The position numbers and the translations under genes are program-made. From positions 160,001 through 224,000 of the forward strand of contig CAVXJS010000021.1 in NCBI GenBank assembly GCA_963762145.1: a stretch of DNA of 64,000 nucleotides, in the 5' to 3' direction. Of this stretch, positions 1 to 11,806 are shown in pieces; position 1 is the first letter of the stretch; each line of letters opens with the position of its first letter. The notes below the pieces were generated by a model. The model was not told where the DNA came from. It made no database searches and worked only from the letters and a program-made list of their open reading frames with translations. The stretch is from an uncultured Candidatus Rokubacteria bacterium. Lineage in GTDB: Bacteria > Methylomirabilota > Methylomirabilia > Rokubacteriales > CSP1-6.

Positions 1-1979
<1,979 letters not shown>

Positions 1980-1993
<14 letters not shown>

Positions 1994-2705
1994 GCCGAAG
2001 AACCGCTTGATCGTCGCGCTCGACGTGGAGACCCTCACCGACGCCGAGCGGCTCCTGGATCGCCTCCAGGGTCAGGTCACGCGCTTCAAGATCGGCTCCC
2101 AGCTCTTCACCGCCGCGGGACCCGCCGCGGTCGAGAGCGTCCACAAGCGGGGGGCGGAGGTCTTCCTCGACCTCAAGTTCCACGACATTCCCAACACGGT
2201 GGCGGGCGCGGCGCGGGAGGCCGCGCGCCTGGGTGTCCTCATGTTCAACGTCCACGCCTCCGGCGGCCGCGCCATGATGGCGGCGGCGGCCGAGGGCGCG
2301 GCGGCCGCGGCGAAGGATCTCGGCGTGCGCCGGCCGATCGCGCTGGCGGTCACCGTGCTCACGAGCCTGGACCGCAGCGCCCTGACCCGTGAGCTGGGCA
2401 TCGCAAGCTCGGTCGAGGGCCACGTGCTCCACCTGGCCGGGATGGCGGCGGCCGCGGGCCTCGACGGCTGCGTCGCCTCGCCCAACGAGATCGCCGCGCT
2501 CCGCACCAATCGCGGGCCCGCGTGGGTGATCGTCACGCCCGGCGTGCGGCCGGCGGGCAGCGCGGTGGGCGACCAGTCGCGCATCGCGACGCCGGGAGCC
2601 GCCGCCCGGGCCGGCGCTCACTACCTCGTGGTCGGGCGCCCGATCACCGCGGCCCCGGACCCGGCCGCGGCGGCCGATCTCATCCTGCGGGAGATGGCAT
2701 CGTGA
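1980..2705 (+). CDS. pyrF: Orotidine-5'-phosphate decarboxylase
   Basis: LIVALD, FLDLKFHDIPNT, VTPGVRP, VVGRPIT. Confidence 0.97.
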
Positions 2706-3316
2706 GCGCGGCGGACGCCCACGAGACGCTGATCCGGCGCCTCTTCGAGATCGGGGCGATCCGCTTCGGCGAGTTCACGCTCAAGTCGGGCATCGTCTCG
2801 CCCTTCTACATCGATCTGCGCGTGGTCATCTCCTTCCCGGACGTGCTGGAGCAGATCGGCGCGCTGATGGCCGCGGAGGTGGCCCGCTGCGGCGGCGACC
2901 GCGTCGGCGGCATCCCGTACGCGGGGCTGCCTCTGGCGGTCGCGGCCAGCCTGGCGGGGCGCGTGCCCCTCATCTATCCGCGGCGCGAAGAGAAGGGCTA
3001 CGGCACGCGGAAGCGCATCGAGGGGCAGTTCAAGGCGGGGGAGCGGGTAGTGCTCATCGACGACATCATCACGGACGGGGCGAGCAAGCTCGAGGCGATT
3101 CTCCCGCTGGAAGAGGCGGGCCTGGTGGTGAAGGATCTCGTCATCCTGGTGGATCGGGAGCAGGGCGGACGTGAGCTCCTCGCGGCGCGCGGCTACGCGC
3201 TGCACGCGGTGCTCACGATCTCGCAGTGCTTCGACAGCTGGGAGCGCGCCGGGCTCGTGCCTCACGACCTGATCCGGCAGTCGCGCGAGTTTCTCCGGGC
3301 CACCCGGTTCGCCTGA
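2702..3316 (+). CDS. pyrE: Orotate phosphoribosyltransferase
   Basis: FGEFTLKSG-SPFYIDLR, LIDDIITDGAS PRPP loop; GTG overlaps pyrF stop. Confidence 0.95.
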   Translation: MSAADAHETLIRRLFEIGAIRFGEFTLKSGIVSPFYIDLRVVISFPDVLEQIGALMAAEVARCGGDRVGGIPYAGLPLAVAASLAGRVPLIYPRREEKGYGTRKRIEGQFKAGERVVLIDDIITDGASKLEAILPLEEAGLVVKDLVILVDREQGGRELLAARGYALHAVLTISQCFDSWERAGLVPHDLIRQSREFLRATRFA

Positions 3317-3846
3317 TGCCCGCCGAGAGCGACAGTCCGGCCGAGGTCCTCGTGGATCGCGAGACGATCCTGACCGAAGTCGCCCGGCTGGCCGCGCAGA
3401 TCTCGTCCGATTACGTCGAGCGCCCGGCCCATCTCATCGGGGTGCTGAAGGGATCCGCGATCTTCCTCTCCGATCTGATGCGCGCGCTCACGGTGCCGGT
3501 GACGGTGGACTTCATCTCGGTGGTCCCCTACGGTCCGGTCACCGCCTCGGGCGTGGTCCGGATCCGGAAGGACCTGGACGAGCCGATCGAAGGGCGGGAC
3601 ATCATCGTGGTGGAGGGCATCTGCGCGAGCGGACGCACGCTCGCCTACCTCCTGCGGAATTTCCAGACCCGGAACCCGGCCTCCATCCGGGTCTGCGCGT
3701 TGCTGGCCAAGCAGTGCGCGCGACCCGAGGGGCTCACGCTTCACTACGTGGGCCGCGAGATCCCCGACGTCTTCGTGGTCGGCTACGGCCTCGACAAGGA
3801 CGAGCGGTACCGCCAGCTCCCGTACGTCGCCCGCCTCGGCGCCTAG
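3316..3846 (+). CDS. hpt: Hypoxanthine phosphoribosyltransferase-like protein with a degenerate PRPP loop
   Basis: GVLKGSAIFLSDL, FVVGYGLD..ERYRQLPY; PRPP loop reads VEGICASGRT; ATG overlaps pyrE TGA. Confidence 0.8.
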   Translation: MPAESDSPAEVLVDRETILTEVARLAAQISSDYVERPAHLIGVLKGSAIFLSDLMRALTVPVTVDFISVVPYGPVTASGVVRIRKDLDEPIEGRDIIVVEGICASGRTLAYLLRNFQTRNPASIRVCALLAKQCARPEGLTLHYVGREIPDVFVVGYGLDKDERYRQLPYVARLGA

Positions 3847-4256
3847 GCGATTCGCTCGGCGGGGAGCAATCGGAGCTCGATCTCCCGCCGGCGCGGGCCC
3901 TCGAACTCCATCAGTACGACCCGCTGGAACTGGCCCAGGGCGAGCCGACCGCCCTGGACCGGGACGTGCACGCTCGGTCCCACCAAGCCGCACAGGAAGT
4001 GTGCGGCCACGTGGGCCGCCGAGTCGTGCCGGTACGCCCGCGACGGGACCAGGCTCTGGAGGATGTCCATGATGTCCTCGGGAACGCCCGCCTCGCCGGT
4101 GAGGATCATCAGACCCGCCGTCGTGTGCCGCAGGAAGAGGTGACAGCTCCCGTCCGGGGCGCCGCCCAGGAGCGCACCCACGCGCTCCGTGATGTCCACG
4201 ACGTCCCGGGCGGAGCGCGTCTCGAGCTCGATGGTGAGGGGCCTCGTGGTGGTCAT
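3843..4256 (-). CDS. yjbQ: YjbQ/UPF0047 family protein
   Basis: DIT..V, HTTAGL, LGQFQRVVLMEFEGPRRR. Confidence 0.9.
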   Translation of the reverse strand: MTTTRPLTIELETRSARDVVDITERVGALLGGAPDGSCHLFLRHTTAGLMILTGEAGVPEDIMDILQSLVPSRAYRHDSAAHVAAHFLCGLVGPSVHVPVQGGRLALGQFQRVVLMEFEGPRRREIELRLLPAERIA

Positions 4257-4328
4257 GTCGGTTCCCCCTGTCCCTCTCTAGGACCGGGGGTCGCTCCTGT
4301 CAAGTGCGGTATGCTCGAAGGCAGCCTC

Positions 4329-4955
4329 ATGCGCCTGGATCGCGCGGCCGCCCGGTTGCTCACGCTGCTCCCCCTCGTGGCCCTCCTGGCCGGCTGCGAG
4401 AGCGCCGGACCGTCGCGCCCAGCTCAGCTGGCGGAGCGGCCCCACTGGACCGCGGGTGAATCCTGGACCTATCGCGGCAAGGGCCGCGACGGCGCCTACA
4501 CGATCACCCGGCGGGTCGTGCGCGAGGGCATCTTCGAGGGCTACGAGGCCTACGAGGTCGAGGCGGGCGACTCGCGCTACTGGTACACGAAGCAGCTCGG
4601 CTACCTGGCGCGGGTCACCGGTGACCGGACCGTGCGGCGGGCGATGCCGCCCGAGGACTGGCAGTGGCCGCTCCAGGTCGGCCGGTCGTGGTCGGCCACC
4701 GTGACGTGGGTGGACGGGCCCGCGCAGGACCAGCGTTTCCTCCTCACCGGGGTCTGGACGGTGGAGGCCTACGAGGAGATCAAGACACCCGCCGGGACGT
4801 TCCAGGCCTTCAAGGTCTCGCGGCGAGAGATCGAGAGCGGCGCGGCGCATGAGTTCTGGTACAGCGCGGCGGTGAAGGGCTGGGTGAAGCTGCAGGGCAC
4901 CAATACCGCCGCCGGTACCTACGAGGAAGAGCTGACCGCTTACACCGCCCGCTGA
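4329..4955 (+). CDS. Hypothetical lipoprotein (beta-rich, DUF3108-like)
   Basis: Lipobox LLAG-C; motifs W..GESWTY, E.IKTPAGTF.AFKV, WYS..V.GWVK. Confidence 0.75.
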   Translation: MRLDRAAARLLTLLPLVALLAGCESAGPSRPAQLAERPHWTAGESWTYRGKGRDGAYTITRRVVREGIFEGYEAYEVEAGDSRYWYTKQLGYLARVTGDRTVRRAMPPEDWQWPLQVGRSWSATVTWVDGPAQDQRFLLTGVWTVEAYEEIKTPAGTFQAFKVSRREIESGAAHEFWYSAAVKGWVKLQGTNTAAGTYEEELTAYTAR

Positions 4956-4962
4956 CCGGCGG

Positions 4963-5787
4963 TCAGCGCTTCTGGTACTCCGGCCGCCAGCGCAGCAGCC
5001 GGGCCTCGACCTGCTTGATCCCGAGCGCCATGACGATCCCGATCACGCCCAGTACGAAGAGCGCCACCATCATGTCGGCCGCGTTCAGGGTACCGAGGGA
5101 CTGGATGATCAGGTAGCCGAGGCCGCCGCCCGATTCGCCCCCGATGAACTCCCCGACCACCACCCCGATGAGGGCGAAGGAGATGGACGGCGTCAGGGAC
5201 GCGAAGGTCCACGCGAGCGCGGACGGCACGATCACGCTCGTCATGATCTGCCGCTCCGAGGCGCCCAGGAAGCGCGCGGAGTGGATCAGGTCGGCGTCCA
5301 CGCTGCGGGCGCCCTGGAAGGTGTTGAAGAACACGATGAAGAACACGATGCTCCAGGCGAGCACGATCTTGGCGAGCAGGCCGAACCCGAAGATCATCGT
5401 GATGAGCGGCACCAGGGCGATGCGCGGCAGCGAGTTGAAGGCCACGATGTAGGGCTGGAAGACGCGCGCCAGCCCGTCGCTTCGCCCCAGGACCAGGCCG
5501 GCCACGAAGCCGGTGGAGATGCCGACCAGGAAGCCCCACACGGTGGACTGCACGGTGGAGAGGGCCATCTGCCAGATGGTGAGCCGCACCTTCGGCGACG
5601 TCAGGTAGAGCAGGCGCTCCACGATCGCAGACGGCCGGCTGATGAAGAACGGGTCGATCCAGTAGAGGCCGGGCGTCTTCGAGATCGCCTTGATCCCGGT
5701 CAGGTACTGCCAGGCGGCCAGCACCGCGACCAGGATCAGGAGCTGCCACGCGAGGACGCGGAGGCGGGTGCGGGTCATGGCAGACAT
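4963..5787 (-). CDS. NitT/TauT family ABC transporter permease
   Basis: Hydrophobic; LPRIAL.PL, EAA-like loop (LIHSARFLGAS), IGVVVGEFIG. Confidence 0.93.
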   Translation of the reverse strand: MSAMTRTRLRVLAWQLLILVAVLAAWQYLTGIKAISKTPGLYWIDPFFISRPSAIVERLLYLTSPKVRLTIWQMALSTVQSTVWGFLVGISTGFVAGLVLGRSDGLARVFQPYIVAFNSLPRIALVPLITMIFGFGLLAKIVLAWSIVFFIVFFNTFQGARSVDADLIHSARFLGASERQIMTSVIVPSALAWTFASLTPSISFALIGVVVGEFIGGESGGGLGYLIIQSLGTLNAADMMVALFVLGVIGIVMALGIKQVEARLLRWRPEYQKR

Positions 5788-5794
5788 CCCTTTT

Positions 5795-5880
5795 GCGGAC
5801 GACCGTTTACTTCTTCAAGGCTCTTCAGCTGCGGGGGCCCAGAAATGGCCCCCGCACTCCCCCAGTGGCGGACAACCGTT
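5795..5880. repeat. Intergenic cassette repeat, copy 1 (hairpin core with flanking 13-bp direct repeats)
   Basis: Hairpin TGCGGGGGCC-CAGAAAT-GGCCCCCGCA at 5830-5856; GCGGACGACCGTT (5795) and GCGGACAACCGTT (5868). Confidence 0.9.
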
Positions 5881-5893
5881 GTGGGTCGCGCCA

Positions 5894-6682
5894 TCATGGG
5901 GTCACCGCCCGGAATTCCTCGCCGAGGACGTGCCAGATCTCGCTGTACTCGCGGGAGTACTCGTCGCTCTCGCGGATGCGGATCACGTCGCGGGGGCGCG
6001 GGAGCTTCACCTCGTAGATCAGCTTGATGCGGCCGGGCCGGCGCGTCATCACCACGATGCGATCGGCCAGGGTGATCGCCTCGGAGAGATCGTGGGTCAC
6101 GAAGATCACCGTCTGCTGCTTCGCCTGCCAGATCTCGAGCAGCTCGGCGTGCAGGTTCAGCTTCGTGTGGGTGTCGAGCGCGCCGAAGGGCTCGTCCATC
6201 AACAGGATCTCGGGGTCCACCACCAGCGAGCGCATCAGGGCCACCCGCTGCCGCATGCCGCCCGAGAGCGTGGCGGGGAACGCGTCCTCGAAGCCCTGCA
6301 GCCCGGCCAGCGCGATCGCCTGGCGCACGCGGGCGTCCCGCTCCGCGGCGGGCACGTTGCGGTACTCGAGGCCGAGCGCGATGTTGCGCTCGACCGTCCG
6401 CCAGGGAAAGACGGTGTCCTTCTGGAAGACGTAGCCGACCTGCGACGGCGGCGCGCCGGTGACCGGCCGGCCGTCCACCACGATCTCCCCGCCGGACGGC
6501 GCCACGAGGCCGCCGATCATGTTCAGGATCGTGGACTTGCCGCAGCCGGACGGGCCCACGATCGCCACGAACTCGCGCTCGTGGACGTCGAAGGAGACCG
6601 GCGAAACGGCGGGGACCTCGCGAGGGCCCTGTCCGAAGGTCTTCGCGAGGTCCCGGATGGAAACGCGGACCCGCGGCGTCAC
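5894..6682 (-). CDS. NitT/TauT family ABC transporter ATP-binding protein
   Basis: GPSGCGKST, LSGGMRQR, LLMDEPFGALD, VTHD; GTG start inferred. Confidence 0.95.
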   Translation of the reverse strand: MTPRVRVSIRDLAKTFGQGPREVPAVSPVSFDVHEREFVAIVGPSGCGKSTILNMIGGLVAPSGGEIVVDGRPVTGAPPSQVGYVFQKDTVFPWRTVERNIALGLEYRNVPAAERDARVRQAIALAGLQGFEDAFPATLSGGMRQRVALMRSLVVDPEILLMDEPFGALDTHTKLNLHAELLEIWQAKQQTVIFVTHDLSEAITLADRIVVMTRRPGRIKLIYEVKLPRPRDVIRIRESDEYSREYSEIWHVLGEEFRAVTP

Positions 6683-6693
6683 TCCCGGCCGCT

Positions 6694-7788
6694 TTACTTG
6701 TACTTGGCCTGAGCCTTCTTGACGAAGCTCATGTCCACCGCCTGCTTGTACGGGATCGGCTTGTCCACCGCGGTGGGCACCCACACCTTCATGCCGCGCT
6801 CGTAGTCTCGCTCCTCGATCACGAAGTCCCAGTCGAAGATCGTCCGGTAGTAGCGGACGGACTCCAGCACCACCTCGCGCTTGAAGGTCTCCATGTACGG
6901 CTTCCACAGCAGGTCGGTGACCTCGTCGTCCTTCGCGCGGCGGATCCACTGCTGCGCGCGGTAGCAGGCGTTGACGTAGGCCTGCACGAGATCGGGCGAC
7001 TTCTCGACGGTTTCCTTCAGCACGTAGCCTACCGTGACCGGGATGGGCCCGCCGAAGACCTGGTTCCACGCCTTCTCGTCCTGGATGTCGTAGATCGGCT
7101 TGCCGAAGCCTTCCTCCACCGCCGCCTGCTGCCACTCCGGCACCGCCATGATCGCGTCGAACTTGCCCGCCTTGAGGCCGCCGAGCATCGTGGTCGAGGC
7201 ACCCCCGCCCACCCACTCCACGTGATCGTTCACCGGCTTGCCGTCCCCGCCCTTGACGTTCTGCAGGACATACACCCCGTACACATAGGTGCCGGAGCCG
7301 ATCGCGGTGGCCGCGACCACCGCCTTGCGGCCCACCAGCTTCTGGTCGGCGAGGGCCTCGACGGTCTTCACGCCCTTGTCCCACAGCTCCTTGCGCACCA
7401 CGATGTTGGCGTACGAGCAGCGCGTGTCGGTCGCGAAGACCATCAGCGCGTCCTTGCCCTTCTCGGTGATCTTGAGCGGGTGGTTGGAGTCGCCGAGCGC
7501 GAACAGCACCTGGCCCGCGGCGAGCGCCTGCACGACCTTGGCCCCGCCCCCGGGGACCACGAAGTCCGGCGTCTTGACCCCTTCCTCCTCGAAGAGCTTC
7601 TTCTGGGCGGCCACTAGGTGCTGGCCGTAGACGAAGGTCGAGACGCTGTGCGAGGCCGAGATGCCCTTCAGGCCCTGGCCCCACGCCGGCCCCGACCACG
7701 CCCCCCCGACGGCCAGCGCGCCCCCCACCGCCGTGGATTTCAAGAACTCTCGGCGCGTCCAGGGCGCCCCTTGCGGCTGCTCCGACAT
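6694..7788 (-). CDS. NitT/TauT family ABC substrate-binding protein, Tat-exported
   Basis: Twin-arginine signal TRREFLK; SsuA/THI5-like features; upstream of the ATPase and permease. Confidence 0.88.
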   Translation of the reverse strand: MSEQPQGAPWTRREFLKSTAVGGALAVGGAWSGPAWGQGLKGISASHSVSTFVYGQHLVAAQKKLFEEEGVKTPDFVVPGGGAKVVQALAAGQVLFALGDSNHPLKITEKGKDALMVFATDTRCSYANIVVRKELWDKGVKTVEALADQKLVGRKAVVAATAIGSGTYVYGVYVLQNVKGGDGKPVNDHVEWVGGGASTTMLGGLKAGKFDAIMAVPEWQQAAVEEGFGKPIYDIQDEKAWNQVFGGPIPVTVGYVLKETVEKSPDLVQAYVNACYRAQQWIRRAKDDEVTDLLWKPYMETFKREVVLESVRYYRTIFDWDFVIEERDYERGMKVWVPTAVDKPIPYKQAVDMSFVKKAQAKYK

Positions 7789-7879
7789 TGGTCCCCTCCT
7801 TGGGAAAACTGCGAGAAAACTGCCAGGCACTGTACATGCCGGCGGCCCGGGCTGTCAACGCCAGATTGGCCCAAAGACA

Positions 7880-7908
7880 TTGACACATAAGGTTTTTTGG
7901 GCTATCGT
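7880..7908 (+). promoter_or_regulatory. Sigma70-type promoter for the yicC operon (a divergent TTGACA-N18-TACAGT on the minus strand at ~7829-7858 could drive the ABC operon)
   Basis: TTGACA-N17-TATCGT in an AT-rich patch. Confidence 0.6.
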
Positions 7909-7967
7909 CCGGTGATGGCAGCGCGGGAGTTCCCCCTCACCTCCACCGTCCGACCTTCGAGCGAGCG

Positions 7968-8852
7968 ATGATCCGCAGCATGACCGGGTATGGGCGGGCG
8001 GAAGCGGCGGGGGCGCGCACCATCCTCTCCGTCGAGTGCAAGTCGGTGAACCACCGGCACCTCGATGTGTCCCTCAAGCTGCCCCGGGTCCTGGGTTCAT
8101 TCGAAGCTGACGCGCGCCGGCTGATCCAGGCCGCCGTGCAGCGCGGCCGCGTGGACGTGAGCGCGACGTTCACCGCGCCCGAAGGCAGCGTGCTGAATCC
8201 GCTCACCGTCAACCTGGCCCAGGCCAAAGAATACGCCGAAGCCGCGCGCACGCTCGCCGCGGCCCTCGATCTCGGAGACGGCCCATCGCTCGGCTGGGTG
8301 ATGGGCCAGTCGGGCGTGCTGTCACGCGAGGAGCAGGCACCGCTGTCGGCCGAGGAAGCGTGGCCGCTGCTCGAACGGGCCCTCAGCGGGGCGCTGACCG
8401 AACTGGTGGAGCGCCGCGAGACCGAGGGCCGGGCCCTCGGCCAGGAACTGCTCGGCCTCGGTGCGACGCTGGCCGCCCACGTGGACACGGTGGCCCAGCG
8501 CGCCCCGATGGCGGTCGAGCGACGGGCCGGCCGGCTGCGTGAGCGGATGCAGGCCATGCTGACCGGCGCGGACATCGACCAGTCGCGGCTCGCCACCGAG
8601 GTCGCGGTGTGGGCGGACAAGACCGACGTGAGCGAGGAGCTGGCGCGCCTGCGGGCCCATCTGACCCAGCTCGGCGCCCTGCTGACCGGTGACGGCCCGG
8701 TGGGCCGCACGCTCGATTTCCTCATCCAGGAGATCAACCGCGAGGTGAACACCATCGGCTCCAAGGCGGACGATCTGGAGATCTCGCAGGCGGTGATCGC
8801 GGCCAAGTCGACGCTCGAGAAGATGCGCGAGCAGGTGGCGAATCTTGAATAA
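7968..8852 (+). CDS. yicC: YicC/YloC endoribonuclease
   Basis: MIRSMTGYGRA, KSVNHRHLD, GRTLDFLIQEINREVNTIGSK, EKMREQVANLE. Confidence 0.96.
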   Translation: MIRSMTGYGRAEAAGARTILSVECKSVNHRHLDVSLKLPRVLGSFEADARRLIQAAVQRGRVDVSATFTAPEGSVLNPLTVNLAQAKEYAEAARTLAAALDLGDGPSLGWVMGQSGVLSREEQAPLSAEEAWPLLERALSGALTELVERRETEGRALGQELLGLGATLAAHVDTVAQRAPMAVERRAGRLRERMQAMLTGADIDQSRLATEVAVWADKTDVSEELARLRAHLTQLGALLTGDGPVGRTLDFLIQEINREVNTIGSKADDLEISQAVIAAKSTLEKMREQVANLE

Positions 8853-8870
8853 CACGACCTGGATTCGCGC

Positions 8871-9491
8871 GTGCAGCTGATCAAGCGCCGCGGCACGCTG
8901 GTGGTCGTGTCGGCCCCGTCGGGGGCGGGCAAGACCACGCTCTGCCACGAGGTGCGCTCGCTCGTCCCCGAGCTCTACTACTCCGTCTCCCACACCACGC
9001 GCGATCCGCGCCCCGGGGAGAAGGAGGGCACCGACTTCTTCTTCGTCTCCGAGGGGCAGTTCACCGCCATGCGCGCTCGCGACGAGTTCGCGGAATGGGC
9101 CCAGGTGCACGGCCACCACTACGGCACGCCCGCGAAGGCCCTCGAAGGCGCCTTGAGCCGGGGCCTCGACGTGCTGCTCGACATCGACACCCACGGGGCG
9201 CGGCAGCTCCGGCAGCGGTATCCGGAGGCGGTGTCGGTCTTCATCATGGCGCCCTCGATGGCCGAGCTCGAGGCCCGGCTGCGCGAGCGCAAGAGCGATT
9301 CCGCCGGCGACATCGCACGGCGGCTGAGCCGCGCCCGGGAAGAGATCGCGGCGTGGCGCCAGTACGATTACCTCATCATCAACCGTGACGTGAAGGACGC
9401 GGTGGACCAGCTCGCGACCATCATCCAGGCCGAGCGCTGCCGCACGAGCCGACTGACTCTCAGATTCCCCGACATGGAGGTACCCGCTTGA
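8871..9491 (+). CDS. gmk: Guanylate kinase
   Basis: SAPSGAGKTT, SVSHTTRDPRPGE, YGTP, LLDID. Confidence 0.97.
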   Translation: MQLIKRRGTLVVVSAPSGAGKTTLCHEVRSLVPELYYSVSHTTRDPRPGEKEGTDFFFVSEGQFTAMRARDEFAEWAQVHGHHYGTPAKALEGALSRGLDVLLDIDTHGARQLRQRYPEAVSVFIMAPSMAELEARLRERKSDSAGDIARRLSRAREEIAAWRQYDYLIINRDVKDAVDQLATIIQAERCRTSRLTLRFPDMEVPA

Positions 9492-9703
9492 TGGCGTTCC
9501 CGTCGCTTGAAAAGTCCCTGGACAACGTCTCCAACCGCTACATGCTCGTGGTGCTCGCGGCCAAGCGCGCGCGGCAGCTCAATCGCGGCGCGAAGTCCCA
9601 GGTCGAGAGCCGTCACAAGAAGCCCACCAGCAACGCCCTCGAAGAGATCGCCGAGTCCCGGGTCGGCTACCGGGTGAAAGAGGAAGACACTTCGAAAGTC
9701 TGA
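9491..9703 (+). CDS. rpoZ: RNA polymerase omega subunit
   Basis: NRYMLVVLAAKRARQL, KP...ALEEI; follows gmk. Confidence 0.95.
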   Translation: MAFPSLEKSLDNVSNRYMLVVLAAKRARQLNRGAKSQVESRHKKPTSNALEEIAESRVGYRVKEEDTSKV

Positions 9704-9746
9704 AACGAGCACAAAGCAAGGCCAAAGCAAGAGCCCAGAAGTCTGA

Positions 9747-9832
9747 AACGAGTGTCCGCCATCTGGGGGAGTGCGGGGGCCATTTCTGGGCCCCCGCATT
9801 AAATAGAGTCTAAAGACTTAGACGGTAGATCT
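9747..9832. repeat. Intergenic cassette repeat, copy 2 (inverted relative to copies 1 and 3)
   Basis: ACGAGTGTCCGCCATCTGGGGGAGTGCGGGGGCCATTTCTGGGCCCCCGCAT is the reverse complement of the copy 3 core with 1 mismatch. Confidence 0.9.
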
Positions 9833-9857
9833 CACATACGGTAAAGCGGACGCAACC

Positions 9858-11093
9858 ATGACCCTTCACAACAAAGAGCTGATCCTCGGCGTCACCGGCA
9901 GCATCGCCGCCTACAAGGCGGTCTTCCTGCTGCGCGAGCTGACGCGCGCCGGGGCGCAGGTCACGGTGGTCACCACCGGACACGCCGAGCGCTTCGTGGG
10001 GGCCCTCACCTTCCGCACGCTCTCCGGCCGGCCGGTGCTCGCCGACCTGTTCGATCCGCAGAGCGCGGAGGCGGTCGAGCACGTCGCCCTCGCCGAGCGG
10101 GCCCACGCCCTGATCGTGGCCCCCGCCACCGCCAACCTGCTGGCCAAGGCCGCCCACGGCATCGCGGACGATTTCCTCACCACCCTCCTGCTCGCGGTCC
10201 GATGCCCGGTGCTGATGGCGCCCGCGATGGACGGCGGCATGTGGGATCACGCCGCGGTGACCGCGAACGTGACGACGCTGCGCGGGCGCGGGGTCACGGT
10301 GCTCGAGCCCGACGCGGGCGCACTCGCCTCCGGACTCTCGGGCCGGGGCCGGCTGCCGGAAGCCGACGCCATCATGGAAGCGCTCGAGCGCCTCCTGGCC
10401 CCGCGGCGCGACCTGGCCGGCGAGCGGGTGCTGGTGACATCGGGGCCGACGCGCGAGCCCATCGATCCGGTGCGCTACATCTCGAATCGCTCGTCCGGGA
10501 AGATGGGCCAGGCGGTGGCGACCGCCGCGCTGCGCCGCGGCGCCGAGGTGATCCTGATCTCGGGGCCCACCACCCTGACCCCGCCCGCCGGCGCGGTGTA
10601 CGTGCCGGTGCAGACCGCGGAGGACATGCGCGAGGCCGCGCTGCAGCACCTCGAGCGCGCCACCATCGTCATCAAGGCGGCCGCGGTGGCCGACTACCGC
10701 GTCAAGCAGCCGAGCGCGACCAAGATCAAATCGCGCAAGGACGAAGGGCTCACGCTCGATCTCGCGCCCAATCCCGACATCCTCAAGGAGCTGGCCGCCC
10801 GCAAGGGCCGGGCGTTCTTGGTGGGCTTCGCGGCCGAGACCAACGACGTGCGGGCCAACGCGGCCGCGAAGCTGCGGGCCAAGGGTGTGGATCTGCTCGT
10901 GGCCAACGACGTCAGCGTGAAAGGCATCGGCTTCGACGCGGAGGACAATCAGGTGACCCTGCTCGACCGGTGGGGCGGCGTGAACGATCTGCCCAGGATG
11001 AACAAGCTAGAAGTCGCCGACGCGATTCTCGATCGCGTGCTCGGGCTGCGCGCCGCCGATCGCTCCCCCGCCTCCGACCGCGCCGCCCACTAG
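9858..11093 (+). CDS. coaBC: Phosphopantothenoylcysteine decarboxylase/ligase
   Basis: GVTGSIAAYK, APATAN, TSGPTREPIDPVRYISNRSSGKMG, AAAVADY, VGFAAET. Confidence 0.97.
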   Translation: MTLHNKELILGVTGSIAAYKAVFLLRELTRAGAQVTVVTTGHAERFVGALTFRTLSGRPVLADLFDPQSAEAVEHVALAERAHALIVAPATANLLAKAAHGIADDFLTTLLLAVRCPVLMAPAMDGGMWDHAAVTANVTTLRGRGVTVLEPDAGALASGLSGRGRLPEADAIMEALERLLAPRRDLAGERVLVTSGPTREPIDPVRYISNRSSGKMGQAVATAALRRGAEVILISGPTTLTPPAGAVYVPVQTAEDMREAALQHLERATIVIKAAAVADYRVKQPSATKIKSRKDEGLTLDLAPNPDILKELAARKGRAFLVGFAAETNDVRANAAAKLRAKGVDLLVANDVSVKGIGFDAEDNQVTLLDRWGGVNDLPRMNKLEVADAILDRVLGLRAADRSPASDRAAH

Positions 11094-11097
11094 CCCG

Positions 11098-11796
11098 ATG
11101 AGCGACCCGCGGGAGGCCGTGGCCCTGGCCCTGCGCGGTCTGGCGGACACGCTCCGGCACCACCGCGAGCTGGGGCTGCGCGACGTCGCGCTCGCTACCG
11201 TCCCGTTCCCCGATCCGGCCGACGGCCTCCGGGAGCAGGAGCGCGCACGACAGGGGTGTCAGCTATGCAAGCTCTGCAAGAGCCGCACGAACGTCGCGTT
11301 CGGCTCGGGCAATGCGCGGGCGCGGCTCATGGTGGTGGGCGAGGGGCCCGGCGAGGAAGAGGACAAGCAGGGGCTGCCCTTCGTCGGGCGCGCCGGGCAG
11401 CTCCTCACCAAGATGCTGGCCTCCGTGGGATTCGACCGCGAGCGCGACTGCTACATCGCCAACGTGGTGAAGTGCCGGCCCGAGCGCAACCGCAACCCGG
11501 AGCCCGACGAGGTCGCGGCCTGCAGCCCGTTCCTGATGGCCCAGATCGACACCATCGGCCCGCACGTGATCCTGGCGCTCGGCAACTTCGCCGCGCAGAC
11601 CCTGCTCGGGACCAAGGAGGGCATCACGCGGCTGCGCGGCAAGACGTATCAGTACCGGGCGAGCGTGCTCGTGCCCACCTTCCACCCCGCCTTCCTGCTC
11701 CGCAATCCCGGTCCGGAGTTCCGGCGCATGGCCTGGGACGATCTCAAGCTCGCGCGCCGGGAGTACGACGCGCGCTCCGGCGACGGGTCGCGATAG
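11098..11796 (+). CDS. Uracil-DNA glycosylase, family 4 (Fe-S)
   Basis: CQLCKLC, GEGPG.EED.QG.PFVGRAG, NVVKCRP, TFHPAFLLR. Confidence 0.95.
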   Translation: MSDPREAVALALRGLADTLRHHRELGLRDVALATVPFPDPADGLREQERARQGCQLCKLCKSRTNVAFGSGNARARLMVVGEGPGEEEDKQGLPFVGRAGQLLTKMLASVGFDRERDCYIANVVKCRPERNRNPEPDEVAACSPFLMAQIDTIGPHVILALGNFAAQTLLGTKEGITRLRGKTYQYRASVLVPTFHPAFLLRNPGPEFRRMAWDDLKLARREYDARSGDGSR

Positions 11797-11806
11797 AGCG
11801 TGTCCA

